Shown here piece by piece: positions 1 to 12,654 of a stretch of DNA of 64,000 nucleotides. The notes below the pieces were generated by a model. The model worked only from the letters and a program-made list of their open reading frames with translations. It had not been told where the DNA came from and did no database searches. The position numbers and the translations under genes were made by a program. Numbering within the stretch: the first letter of the stretch is position 1; every line of letters begins with the position of its first letter. Origin of the DNA: Octopus bimaculoides. Its lineage: Eukaryota. The stretch lies in NCBI RefSeq assembly GCF_001194135.2, contig NC_069006.1, forward strand, positions 22,964,976-23,028,975, given 5' to 3'.

Positions 1-137
1 TTAAAAAAAAGAATAATAAAAACATCAGAGAAAACTTATTGTATTATTACAGTTTTATCAATAACATACCTGCAAATTTACCTGCAAAAGGAAAAGAAAC
101 TATAGAACAAACGAAGGGATCTCTTGCGTCGCAGATC

Positions 138-343
138 GATCTGCTAGAAATAGCAGCAAAATATCCCTTTTTAGAGAACTAGATAATTCTTTAATATATC
201 ATCAGCAATAATGAGACTAGTAAAGAACAATAGATACTTCAAATATTCAAATAAAAGGTTTGCATAATAAGTAATAATAAAGTGACATTACTCTTATGTA
301 ATAGTTTAAACGAGCAATTCCTCGCTGCTATTTCTAGCAGATC
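138..343. repeat. 20-bp inverted repeat from a dispersed repeat family
   Basis: GATCTGCTAGAAATAGCAGC at 138-157 and its reverse complement at 324-343; related CTGCTAGAAATAGC-type motifs near 8285, 10380, 37843, 55262. Confidence 0.75.
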
Positions 344-489
344 TTGAAAACCTTAATGAAAAGAGTTCCTTCAGATGAAGAAAAAGAAGTAATTTAATAT
401 ATTTTCTACTTATGAATATGTAAAATATGCATTTTCTCAGTATGGTATACACTTGAAATTTTCTCCTGAAACCGAAAAAAAAAAGAGGT

Positions 490-2800
490 TCAGTCGTTTA
501 GAGAAAGTGATTTACTGAGAAAGGAAAACAATGGCAACTATCTTACCTTCTTGTTGTAGCCCGTCCTTTCTTTTTTCTTTTCTTCTTTCTTTGGAAGATG
601 AATTTGTCACAAAAACTGAACAATTTTATCTTTGGTTACTCGACGAGGACTTTTGGGATCAATATTTATAAAATGAAATAAACGGTCAAACAGTTTCCAA
701 GATTGCAGTGTCCCAAAAGGAGTCTGTCGAACAGCTTCCAAGATTATAATTTCCGAATATCATTGATAATTGCCGAAGAAGAGTATAGTCTGCATCAATC
801 AAAATGACGGGAGCAAAATGCCGAACTTGAAAGCATTACAGCTATTCTATCTCTTACGCTCGGTTTTCAAATCTAGCAAAAATCGATTTTAACAAGGTGT
901 CCTTCGCGCTTAATACAACTAATTCAACTTCTTTGTAAAAATCTGAAAGTGGTAATTAAATAAGCTGGAAGAATTTACCAAAATCGACTCAAGTGTATCA
1001 TCTCTCCTCTTGGAGATATGGACGTGTCAAAAGAAATTAGCAAACCGGAAGCGTATAAGGTTCTTCACGCTTGATGTAACCGAGATCACCGAGTTAACAT
1101 ATTTAAGTTATCGATTAGAGAAAGTTAATGGAAAAAGAAAATAATGAAAAGCAATGAAAAACATGTTACCTTTTTGTTTCCGACAACTTTTTCTGATGAG
1201 GACTTCGTCACAGAAATTGGAAAGTTTTATCATGAGTTATTCTACGAAGAAGGAAACTTTTGACCCTCCTCCAAGATTACGGTTTCCCAGTATTGTTTAC
1301 AATATAATTGCATAAGATTATCGTCTACATTAATCATCAAAATGATAAAGAGAGACGAGGCAGAATGCATTAACAGAATTTAGTCTTTTTCGTTCTGTGT
1401 TCAATTCTTGTAAAAATCAACTTCAACAACTTTATAGTTAAAAATAATTTAACATATGTACTTTAGACGATCTTTCGATACTAGGCCGGAATATCGGCCT
1501 TTTCCGTAAAAAGTGTCCGTTATTCCGGCCTAGTATCGAAAGATCGCCGAACTTTAAAAGGGTTAATGAAGTAAACAGCAAGAATTTACCGAAGGCAATT
1601 CAAGTGTATCTCTTCCTTTGGACACATGGCCTTGATAAGAAGAAATAATTCCAGTTTGCCTTTTTACAAAGGAAAAAAAAAAAAAAGAAGTTCCTCATAC
1701 CTGACAAAGAAATCGCCTTGTTAATCTATATTCCATTTAAAATTTAGTAGAAAAAGAGAACAACGAAAAAATATCTTACCTTGTTTCCGACCACTTGAGT
1801 GATGGCTCAGTCACAGAAATTGAACAATTTATCTCCATTATATCTGGGTTTATTCTACGATGACTTTTAGATTTTTATTTGAGAAATAAAAGTATCTAGA
1901 TTCAAAAGTGTCATTGATAATATAATAATTACCAGCTGTCATGGTAATCGCTTCAAAATATTGACAATATAATTGACCAAGAAAAGTGTCGTCTGCTTTC
2001 AGTCAAAATGTCGGAGAACCACAGCGGAATGCTGAACTTGTTGTATTAGGTCGTTTTTCTTTTTAACGTTCAGTATTGAAATTTTTTAAAAATCGATTTT
2101 GATATTCTTGATTTCGGGATTAATAATGTAATTAAACTTTCTGTGGGATTTCGAATTGGGAATAAAATAAGCAAATAATAAAGTAATCAAAATCGACGCA
2201 ACTAAGTGTCTATCTTCTCTTCGACACGGCCTTGTAAAATTATATGTACATAAATATATTATGCACTTGCAATTTGTCCTTGATTCTAAAATGTTTCTTC
2301 ATGCTTGACGAAGAGGTTCTCTCGTTAGTTTATAAATGTATTTAAGTTATTGACTGGTGAAAGTAGTCTAACTGGAAAAAGTAAGCAGTAAAAGAAAAAC
2401 AAGCACATTACCCTCTCCGCGCATCTTGTGGAAAATGACTTCGTCACTAGAAACGAAGAGGTTTACCTAAATTATGCTTGGTTTATTTTTCAAGGAATTT
2501 TATACTTTAATTTGTGAAATATAAAACCTTGTCTAATAACCACAGAGATTATAGTTGCTAGGTATTATCAATAATACAATTACGTAAAAGAATTATCGTC
2601 TGCATTCAGTAAGAACAACGGAGATAGCCGAACTTACACTTTACTGTTTCGGGTCTCTTTTAAAGTTCTATGTTCAAATATTGAAAAATCTAATTTTACC
2701 ATTATTTTCTTCGGGGTTAATAAAGTAATCCCTCTTTTTATAAGATTTAAAAGAGGTAATAAAGCACCGATGATATACTGAAATCGACTTAGCAAAATCC
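490..2800. repeat. Degenerate tandem array, about 4 units of 610-632 bp
   Basis: Collinear anchors: TTACC at 543/1166/1776/2408; GTCAC at 606/1207/1810/2443; GTCT(G/A)C at 788/1323/1991/2598; AAGTGT at 991/1602/2204. Confidence 0.85.
1468..1546. other. Perfect 26-bp stem hairpin with 27-nt loop
   Basis: CGATCTTTCGATACTAGGCCGGAATA (1468-1493) is the exact reverse complement of 1521-1546. Confidence 0.95.
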
Positions 2801-3633
2801 CCCTTCTTTGACATTCAAACTTGTCGAAAGCTATTACAAGTACTTTCGTTATGAGTGATAGTTCCAAAAACATTAATGGCGTCGTGCCATATTTATAAAT
2901 TACTATTTGCACTGTTGAATGGTAGGTAGATTGACAGAATCAGTATGGATCCAGACAAAATAAATACATTGCAGTGTTTAACTTTATTTCTTCATAGTTT
3001 GAGTTCAGATCGTGTCAGGGTCGATTTAAACTCGCTGAATTATTCTGACGAAACATGCAGCCTTGTACCATTGTTAGAAATCTTTATTATTATTTCGCAC
3101 AAAAGCGGTAGATTAGCAGAATCGTTCATACGGCATTTTTTTTTCTGACTCTTTCTGCTCGGTTTTAAATACGTGTTCTGAGTTCAAATTCCGCCATGGT
3201 CAATAAAATAACTGTCAAAGTCTGGAGTTGATACAAATATAATCGGCTATAACCCTCTTCCCAAATGTGAGAGACGTGCTTAATGTTATAAATCAATATA
3301 ATGCAACAGTATAAATATCTATAAAAGTAAAATTATATATAAACATTCCCTATTTTGGCAATATCCACTGGGATATATTTCCAAACTTTTGACTATTAAA
3401 GAAATATTCTCACTCTTCTTATATATTTATGGCTACTTAGCCATTCAAGTGTGAATTATTAGTATATCTTGACTTATGCAATTCATTCCATCAAACGAAC
3501 GACTATACATTGGCGATTGTGGAAATGGTGATAAATGTCCGTCATTCGACGATGAGGTTTCAGTTGTTCGATTAACTGAATTGCCTTCCCTTTTATTATG
3601 TGACAAGGCTGAACCTTTTGGATAAGAGGTATA

Positions 3634-3810
3634 TTCCACCCAACGGGCTTCTATACAGTTTCCGTTTATCCAATTTCAGTACAAGGCATATACATCAAGC
3701 CAAGGTAAAATAAAATATTTGCTCACGAAGTCACGCAGTGGGATCGAACCTCATAGTTACAAAGCGAACTGGAGTGGGATCGAACCTCATAGTTACAAAG
3801 CGAACTGGAG
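3634..3810 (-). mobile_element. Truncated SINE fragment with an internal 36-bp tandem duplication
   Basis: Matches the reverse complement of the 3903-4320 SINE head; AGTGGGATCGAACCTCATAGTTACAAAGCGAACTGG occurs at 3737-3772 and 3773-3808. Confidence 0.75.
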
Positions 3811-3902
3811 TTGTTGCCCTAACTTGATAAGATCAAATTAAGATATTAGCCATTGAGCTAATGTTTTTGTCTCTATTCATTGCATAGATAATTATTAATT
3901 AT

Positions 3903-4078
3903 AGGCGCAGGAGTGGCTGTGTGGTAAGTAGCTTGCTTACCAACCACATGGTTCCGGGTTCAATCCCACTGCGTGGCACCTTGGGCAAGTGTCTTCTACT
4001 ATAGCCTCGGGGTGACCAAAGCCTTGTGAGTGGATTTGGTAGACGGAAACTGAAAGAAGCCCGTCGTATAGATGTGTG

Positions 4079-4109
<31 letters not shown>

Positions 4110-4320
4110 TTGTGTGTCTGTGTTTGTCCCCCCACCATCGCTTGACAACCGATGCTGGTGTGTTTACGTCCCCGTAACTTAGCGGTTCGGCAAAAAGAGA
4201 CCGATAGAATAAGTACTAGGCTTACAAAGAATAATTCCTGGGGTCGATTTTCTCGACCAAAGGCGGTGCTCCAGCATGGCTGCAGTCAAATGACTGAAAC
4301 AAGTAAAAGAGTAAAAGAGT
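3903..4320 (+). mobile_element. Full-length tRNA-derived SINE with internal microsatellite
   Basis: A-box-like TGGCTGTGTGG, B-box-like GGTTCAATCCC, internal (TA)/(TG) tract, (AGAGTAAA)n tail; many copies in the window. tRNA-derived SINEs are known in octopus, but I cannot assign the family. Confidence 0.9.
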
Positions 4321-4440
4321 AATTAATTAGATTATTTTTTTCCCTATTGTAAGTATGACATAACTTTATATATAATTACATATGTATGTAATTTTATGTC
4401 TTTTATTAATTGCTTCATTTATTTTCTTTACTTTATCCAG

Positions 4441-4585
4441 GACAAAGACTTTGAATTTGATGATCATGATCCCTTTTTAATGAGTGATGCGAGATCAAGA
4501 ACTTTTGTAGATGATGAAGATGACGTTGATGGCTCTGGTGATGAAGTTAGTGGTGACGGATCCTCTGTAAATAGAAATTATCCAG
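4441..4585 (+). CDS. HSPG2: Exon: perlecan domain I acidic / GAG-attachment segment
   Basis: ctttatccag|GAC...CCAG|gtaaga; DKDFEFDDHDPFLMSDARSRTFVDDEDDVDGSGDEVSGDGSSVNRNYP; two SGD motifs after an acidic cluster; phase 0 to 1. Confidence 0.9.
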
Positions 4586-4907
4586 GTAAGATGCTATAAT
4601 GTTCCTATCAAATGTGTTTTACGATTTTCTAAACAGGTGTAGACCCTTTCAAAAGTAGCATTGGAAAATTCATTCAGAATACTTCTTTTAGATTTCCTAA
4701 TCATATATTACTTATTGTTAATTATCCTTGATGCTTCAAATGTATTTATACTGGAAACAAAAAAAAAAAAATAAGACTGGATGAGCTCCAGAGATTCCAT
4801 ATATATGAATAACATTATTGGATACAGGAAATCATAATATTTGGTGGTGGTTATAGTTATTGACAATATAAGAAAATTTCAATTTTTACATCAAACATAT
4901 TTCTTAC

Positions 4908-5005
4908 ATGTGGCTGTGTGGATAGAAGCTTACATCCCATTCATGTAGTTTTGGGTTCAATCCCATTGCATTGCATGTCGAGCAAGTGTCTTCTACTATA
5001 GCTCC
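4908..5005 (+). mobile_element. SINE head fragment
   Basis: TGGCTGTGTGG...GGGTTCAATCCC...GCAAGTGTCTTCTACTATAGC. Confidence 0.8.
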
Positions 5006-5189
5006 TTATTAATTAACACACTCATCAGTTCAATTTCTACTCATTTATAATTTTCTTCTAAAATTTTCTTTGCTTCTTGCAACTTCTCAATAGTTTTTGA
5101 CTTTCTTAATTTTCATACTTAGGGAAAAAATGAAATTTTCTTCAACTCTGGACTTAAATTATACTCACCAACTTTTTCTTTCTTTTCAG

Positions 5190-5355
5190 ATTTTTACCGG
5201 ATAACATTCAAAGTACTATACCTTAGGGATTTACATGGATTACAAAATACATCTAGCCTACACTACCGTCGTATTTCAGAACAGATCCAAACATTTGTAT
5301 CTCAGCTCTACAACAACAAAGTTCGTGTCAACATTATTGGCTATACAGTCTCTAA
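5190..5355 (+). CDS. HSPG2: Exon: SEA domain, N-terminal half
   Basis: tcttttcag|AT...TCTAA|gtaagt; (D)FYRITFKVLYLRDLHGLQNTSSLHYRRISEQIQTFVSQLYNNKVRVNIIGYTVS; phase 1 to 2; the ORF track reports a different frame here. Confidence 0.85.
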
Positions 5356-6393
5356 GTAAGTTTTCTTTCCATCTTTCTCTCTTCTTCCTTTTCTTCTTTT
5401 CTCTCTTCCCTCTGATCTCAATCAAATAAATGTTGTTTTGATTTTTAATAGCTTCATCATTGAAGAATTGAGGTTATTAATTGTTTGTTCTGCGAAAGGC
5501 ATCAGAGACAGCTTCTTATCATGTACAATTTCAGCGGGAGGATAAAATATTGGTAGATTGTATATAATATGTGTGTGTGCTACCTTTCATAAGGCAAATC
5601 TTAAACAGTTTGTGTCAGAAAGGGCATCTGGCTCTAAAACACTGCCTCAGAAAGTCCTCTGTAATTCATACCAACATGATAAAGCAGATGTAAAGGGTCA
5701 ATACATATATACATCAAATGGCTGCAACTGAGATGCATTTCACCCCACTGTACCAGGAATCTCTGTCCCCCATTAGCTATGGTCAGTCCTCAATTTCATG
5801 GCAATAAAAATCTCTCACATTCTACAAGACTCAAGTGAAGCCCATAAGAGGTACTGTTCTCACATTTGGGATGATGCTGTTATGCACATAACTATGTTGG
5901 ACTTCATCTAGAGAAGAGCCATTCAGCTGATTAGCATTAAATCATTGACAGGCAATTTCCAGCCTCTAGTCTACAGACATGTTGTTTCTCAAATCTTCTC
6001 TTTGTTCATATCTTTCCTACTGGTTTTGACTAACAGCAGTTCAGAACAACATTAAAGGAATAAATCTCACTGGTTTTAGAGAGCCTACAAAGGCCATACA
6101 CACTACCCCTTCTCTTGACTCAGCAAGTTAAAAAAAAAAGCATCTGCAAGGTATAAGAGCAAAGATATGTAGGGAAATGCTGTATTGTAAAACCTGGTCA
6201 ACCCAAGCAGCACCACTGAAAACTGAGGATGTAGAACTGACAATGGAGACAACTCAGTAACAAAAAAGACTTAAGGCATTTCATGTTAGTTTATTCTAAA
6301 TAATTGCTGTTGTTTGCACAGTTTTTCATTGTTTTCATTAAATGCTATTGAAACTAGTTTGATAATTTCCTTTACTTTGTTTCCATATTTCAG

Positions 6394-6542
6394 TCGAAAT
6401 GCCTATGTTTCCATGGATTTAGGCACAAGTGAACTCACCAATGCAAAAGAAATCAAAAACACACTCTATTCAGAACTTTCAAGAGGTCGACTTGGAAACT
6501 TTACTGTGTCCACAGAAAATTTTAGTTTCAATGCACTTGGAG
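6394..6542 (+). CDS. HSPG2: Exon: SEA domain, C-terminal half
   Basis: catatttcag|T...GGAG|gtatag; (N)RNAYVSMDLGTSELTNAKEIKNTLYSELSRGRLGNFTVSTENFSFNALG; resembles the end of the vertebrate perlecan SEA domain as I recall it; phase 2 to 1. Confidence 0.88.
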
Positions 6543-7604
6543 GTATAGAATCTTTTGCTTTCTTATGTATCTATATATATACACACACACACGTGTGTAC
6601 GTGTGTGTGTGTGTTTGTGTGGTATGGGGGAGGTATGCATAAAATCCCAGATTTAAAACCAAACATACACCCAGTGGTATCATAGAACCTATTTTGCTTA
6701 GAATGATTGAAATACACATTTAAGCCAAGTAATGTATATGAAACCTTAGGTATGGTTTTAAAGTTCAAGATATCTCATAATCACACATATGCTAGTAAAC
6801 AAAATCTTGAGTGTTATCTTAAAGCATATTGTTAAAGAAAGATTCTTACCAAGAACATGTAGACTTAAAAAAAAAAAATAATCAGAGTTACAGAATGTCA
6901 ATCATTTCATTTATAGTGAGGAATAAAAAGATGAACAATGGNNNNNNNNNNCTTTCTTTAACAATATGAACATTTTAGGCATTTCCTCTTCTACAAAGAG
7001 AAAGATGAAAAGGAATTTTTAGCCTGGTAGTTGTTTTTCACTCATCATGCCAATTGAACTTATCAACATTACATAAAGGCATCTTTTAGTTAATTGCTGT
7101 GAACACGCACCCTCACGAGATTCCTTAGATTCTGCACTTTGCTATAGGCTTAGTGTAGTCACTAGATTTCTCTGTTGAAGTAATAACTTTACCTCGTGAG
7201 TTACCATTTCTAATATAAAGCACTTTTTTTCTGCTGCAAAGGTCTGTCTTCTATACAGAGTACCATAATGAAACACAGCTAAATGTTAATTATGTCTTTA
7301 GATCTACTTTCCGCTAAATAATATTTACTTGTCTAACTATAGGGTAATTGTATTTAATTATAGGATAATTATTGTCATGTAATTTCCTGAAATATATGTC
7401 TAGCATTAATGTATTATAAAAACAGTTGAACAGTGATTTAGAAATTCTGAGGTTTAAATTGTAGCAAATGCTAATAATTTCTTTATAATAATTGTACTAG
7501 TCTTTATTTATACTTTTATATACATACATTCTTACATACATAAATACATATATGCATTCATGTATACTTATATATGCACTCATGTTTACATGTTTATGTG
7601 TATA

Positions 7605-7633
7605 CATCTATATCTATCTATCTATCTATCTAG

Positions 7634-7706
<73 letters not shown>
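7605..7706. repeat. Compound (ATCT)n(AT)n microsatellite
   Basis: Direct reading; other long (AT)n at about 12610-12654, 15195-15250, 24955-25028, 47873-47925, 48614-48654. Confidence 0.95.
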
Positions 7707-7708
<2 letters not shown>

Positions 7709-9189
7709 TGCACATATGTGTGTGTGTGTATACAAAGTATGGATACACTCATAGACATACATGCAAATGCACACATACACATACACACACACACACAACC
7801 AGGCTCATATATGTATGCTTATATGTTTTAGGCATATGTGAACATGTCATTAAAAGTCATCAAGAAGTGGAAGTTTCAAGTACAGAATATATGACTACAT
7901 AACTATATCGGTAGTCTTCCTTATGTTACCAAATATTTAAGCTGCTAAATATATTGGTAAGCTACAAAATTAGGAAAAAAAAGATGTAAGATCTTGAAAG
8001 AAAGCAATAAAAAATATCTAAGACTTTCCAAATTCAGCATTTGATTATGTAAGTGGTCTACAAGATCTCCCAACCTCCTATAAATAGCAGCAAATCTCTT
8101 TGTAATCCTGCCCTGCTGTGAGGACAAACTAAATAATATAGTCCTTTGGTTTACTAGATACCCTTAAAAATCTGGGATGGTTATGGCTAGAATGTCCCTT
8201 TGATTATAGGCCTGCTCGAGGAAGCTAAGCTGGAACAACATATATGTTGTAAAAGGAAGCCTCTATGCAGTTGCTTGGCCTACAAGAAATAGCAACCAAA
8301 TCCCTTAAGAATCACACACTTGCAATTAACATTGAACGATTTAATCTCTGTTGAGCGATTAAAAGGGATGGTCATAACTGGATAAATGTCTGACCATAAG
8401 TTTACTTACTAGCTGTTACTTCAAGCTAAACAGTATCAATGTATTTGTTATTGGCTAAATTTTCTATAGGGTAATTTTCTTTATTAATTTTAGTTAAATG
8501 ACTGGTATGCTTATACATACATTTAATCGTATCTAAGTGCATTAGTAGCATAAGAAATGAGTAAATGTGTGTCTATGCATTTTTCTTTATTCTTTAATAT
8601 ACTTTGATAAAATGTATGTGCTGGCCCTTCCATACATACACATGCAGTAAAGAGAAAATATCAGAACAAGTTATTGTGATATGCTACAGCACTGGGACCC
8701 AAACAATATATTGTGATACTGTTCTCTGATGAGATGCAACTAAGTGCACTGTCAAGAAATTAAAAAAATGAAATAAAATCTATCTTTAAAAATTGCAAAG
8801 TACAAGCTTGGATTCTAAATGAAAAATTTAACTTTGCTTCATTTATTAAATGTTGAAGTAATTAATTAATAATTTTCTAAAATATAAATTATTTCTATGT
8901 ATAAGCTACAATTTTTTAAAAAAACTTTTTATCAGAAATATACCAAAGCATTTTTATTTGCACTGAAGCATACCACGGACAAAAGAAATGCGTGATCCAT
9001 TGCTCTATAATCCATTGCTCTATAATCTAGATGTATCTAAAACGATTTTAGAGATTACTCTCAATTCTGAGACTTAATGAATAAAGTAACATGTACACAT
9101 GCCTACATGTACACATGCCTACATGATTGTGTGTACATATACAACAGTAGACATACAAGCATAGACTAAGATGAGCATGATGGATCTTA

Positions 9190-9220
<31 letters not shown>

Positions 9221-11106
9221 ACATCTTTCTATCTCTCTTGCATAATAACTTAAATGCAGGCCACAAACATACATACACATAGTTTTTATGTTCTTGTTGT
9301 TTTTGTTAACTCATAGTTTCTACAAGAGTGAATTAAAGCATGACCAACGTTTTTTTTTTTTTTTCTCGGAATGGCAACCACTGTCACTCTTCATAACTAA
9401 CCTCACAACAGCCGTCTCACTGAATTAATCAAGCATCAAACTGTGTGGATATTTCTTCTCACCATTTAACCCTATTTTCCAATTTTATGTTATTTTATTT
9501 TATCAAATTTTACATTTTCAGTTGTCTTCTTTTTCTTTGCTTGTCTAGCTTAAAGCATTGTTCTACAATATTAGTCTTTACTAGTATTTTATCACTCTTT
9601 AGTGAAGGGTTTGCTTCTGTGTATAATGGAAGCCATATCATCTGTTAGTAAGAGCTCCTCCATTGGAGGGTGATTCTGCAAGAGAAAATGAGAGAGAAGC
9701 AAAATTGACTCTGTATGTGACTGGCCTTTTAGTTTATTGTCCCCTAAGGATGAAAGGCAAAGTTGATCTTGACAGAATTTGAACTCAGAATTCAATAAAA
9801 AAAATGGAACAGTTACTACAAGGCATTTGTCCAGTGCTCTAACAAATCTACTAATCAACCACCTTCTCTATAGGTGTATAGTCTTGGTTATTTAAAGTTA
9901 TTATGTGAAGGTGCCTAGCTTATTGGTTAGTCTAACAAACATTAGATTATGTGCTCAGTTCTGAAACTGTACACTATAATGTCTTCTTGAGCAAGGCACT
10001 TCATATTGTTTCAGTTTACTCTGTTGAAAATGAGTACCAGAAGAAGCTGGGAGTTAACCCTATGGTAACCTAGCATACTGTTTAGGAGGATTCTTGAACT
10101 CTCTGTTGCTTACATACCTCAGAAATCAGGACAGTTTCTGGCCTCTCAAGCCCGCACACCCGTGACAAAGTTTTTAAAAATTTAAACTATTTGATATGGA
10201 AATGGGCTGTATTTGTTTCTCATATCTTAGTTATGCTTTATGGTTGATCTCTGATTAGATTAGTCTTTCTTTAATTCTTTAGAAATTAAATCACCCATAA
10301 TTTTTTCCCCCTTCTTTTACATATCTAAACATTATACAGTAATACATCCAATGCAGGAGTTGCTATATGGTTGCTCAACCTGCTAGAAATAGTAGTTAAT
10401 TCCCCTCAAATTATAAAAAAGTGTTAGCAAGACACATCAGATAAGGTAGTCTTACATGCATAATGATTAAGGACAAGAATGGTTGGAATGGTATTACCTG
10501 TAGATCTGCTAAATAAAAGCTGGCCATGTGTGTATAAATAACGATATTAACATTTTTAAAATGTTCTAGCATGGGTGGGAAACAAAATTTTTTAAAATTA
10601 AATTCATAAAACAAAGTGTTAGTATCATATAGAATCATCATCACCATCACCACTACCACGTACCATCATGATCATCATCATTATAATCACCTTATTTTTT
10701 GAGCATCCATGAATTAAAACTATATTTTAAGCTGTCTAATATCTCTTATGATTTAAAATGCTCTATTCTTAAATATATATGTATTCCTCTCGACTGAATA
10801 CCTACTCAAGACCATGATCATTGCTACATGCATCATGAACACTGTCAAATGTATCACCTACATGGTGGCATGCCCTGGCAGAAATAGTAAACAAGTCTCT
10901 CTCCAGCTTTAGCCTACCATCTTAAAAATGGGAATAACAAACTGAATAATGTAGTCCTAATATGACACTAAAAACAAAAATGTCATGATGGCCACAGTTG
11001 GAATGCCTTTGATTCCAGTGTTACTCAATCAGCACCATCCACGTCTCCATCTTTTTTGTCATTTCTGTCAACTACTGTCATTATGTTTATTATCATTACT
11101 ACAGAC

Positions 11107-11333
11107 ACACCAACACCACCACCACCACCACCACCACCACCCCCCCATCATCATCATCATCATCATTTTCTGTTATGATGCTGAGACATTTCATCTTTGA
11201 GATGGTTTCAATGTGTATGTGTATTTATATGTAGATGCATTTATATAGATACAAACATGCACACTCACGTGCGTGTGTGCATGTGTGTGTGTGTGTGTAT
11301 GTGTGTGTGTGCGCGCGCGCGCGCGCGTGTATG
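11107..11333. repeat. (CAC)n/(CAT)n tract, then an alternating (GT)n(GC)8 tract
   Basis: Direct reading; (GC)8 at 11311-11326. Confidence 0.9.
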
Positions 11334-12607
11334 TTTCATATGACACAAATCAAGGGTGATTCCAGAATACAAACACTAAATATTGCCTGTGACATTTACT
11401 CTAATGCTTGAACATGATTACTGACCTTTGCTCCTCTTCCACCTCAGCTGGCACTTTCTCCTCGCCCACTTGTTTTTGTAATTTTATGTGTGATCCTACA
11501 AAGCCCTTTTTTTTTTTTTACTTCTAACTGGTAAACTTTGAAGAATATTTCACACTTAACTGCCTTACCTTTTATTTGCTATCAGCTTATGTAATCACCT
11601 TAAGGAGTTAAAAGAAGTGTGTGTGTGTATACTCACACAAATATGTGTACACATTTATGTGTGTCTCTATACACAGTTACATGTGTGGGCGTGTGTTTGT
11701 ATGTATATTTATGTGTTTGTGTATATATATGTATGTGTGTGTGTGTATGTGTGTGTGTATATGCATAAAACTGAGAATGTTAATCACATTTGTGTATGTT
11801 GTTTGTTCAGTAATATGTAATGTTTGGATTGGTTTAACTTTTCTACTTATCTTTTAACTGTTATTCCCTGCTGCCTGCTCAATTATTTTCTTTTAGCTGT
11901 AAGTACTTAAAGCGTCTGCGAAGTAATTGCTTTGACAAAGTTTACCATTTATTTTTATCTGTCGAAAAGCAAGGGAACAGTCAATGCTTTGTTCACAGAT
12001 TTCATCTTAGATAATATGCCATCATATCTAGAAAAAGAAAGTTTGTCTTTCAGTAATTTAATGCTGTGGAAAGCAAGACATAATCCTCATTAACAGCTGT
12101 AAAAAAATGTGGAGAAATTATTTAAGTATTTCTTTTGTTCTGTAAAATATTCTAATGCTCTATTCTAACAAGAGTACAATATTTTACATTTATTTAGTGA
12201 TTCTCTCACTACTACTTCAGCAGCAAATATGGTGAAATCTTATACATTGATGAGAAGGTTGGATAAAACCGAAACATATTCAAAGTTGTCTCTCATACTT
12301 GCAAATAGTTAAAATGATATTAAGTCTATAACTAAATATTGAGGTTTTTACATTGACTTTAATATTATTGTTCAAGTGGGTGGCATCTTCAAGTGATTTA
12401 TTTTCTGTAAAACACATGAGTGCCTCAGATACATTGACACAAATAGATATATCATAAACAGGTGTCAAGGTTTCAAGCCTTATTGTCAATCAGTTTGAGT
12501 ATGATTGAGTAAATTTTTTCTTTTCAGTTTCCCCAGTGTGTGTGTGTGTGTGTGTAGTCATACATATCACACATGTATATGTGTGTATATACATGCCTGT
12601 GTGTATA

Positions 12608-12654
<47 letters not shown>

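Noticed and set aside
538-560. ATCTTACCT resembling the U1 snRNA 5' end, and AATTTCTG resembling an Sm site
   Set aside because: No further similarity to U1; the Sm-like motif lies upstream of the donor, the wrong order for a spliced-leader RNA.
2634-2912. 92-aa minus-strand ORF
   Set aside because: Part of unit 4 of the degenerate array; the frame is broken in the sister units, so it is not called a gene.
3910-3980. tRNA-like A/B boxes
   Set aside because: This is the SINE head: no complete cloverleaf, and it continues into a repeat body found many times in the window.
3899-4138. Similar ORFs at 3899-4138, 38807-39061 and 38842-39042
   Set aside because: Translations of SINE copies, not host genes.
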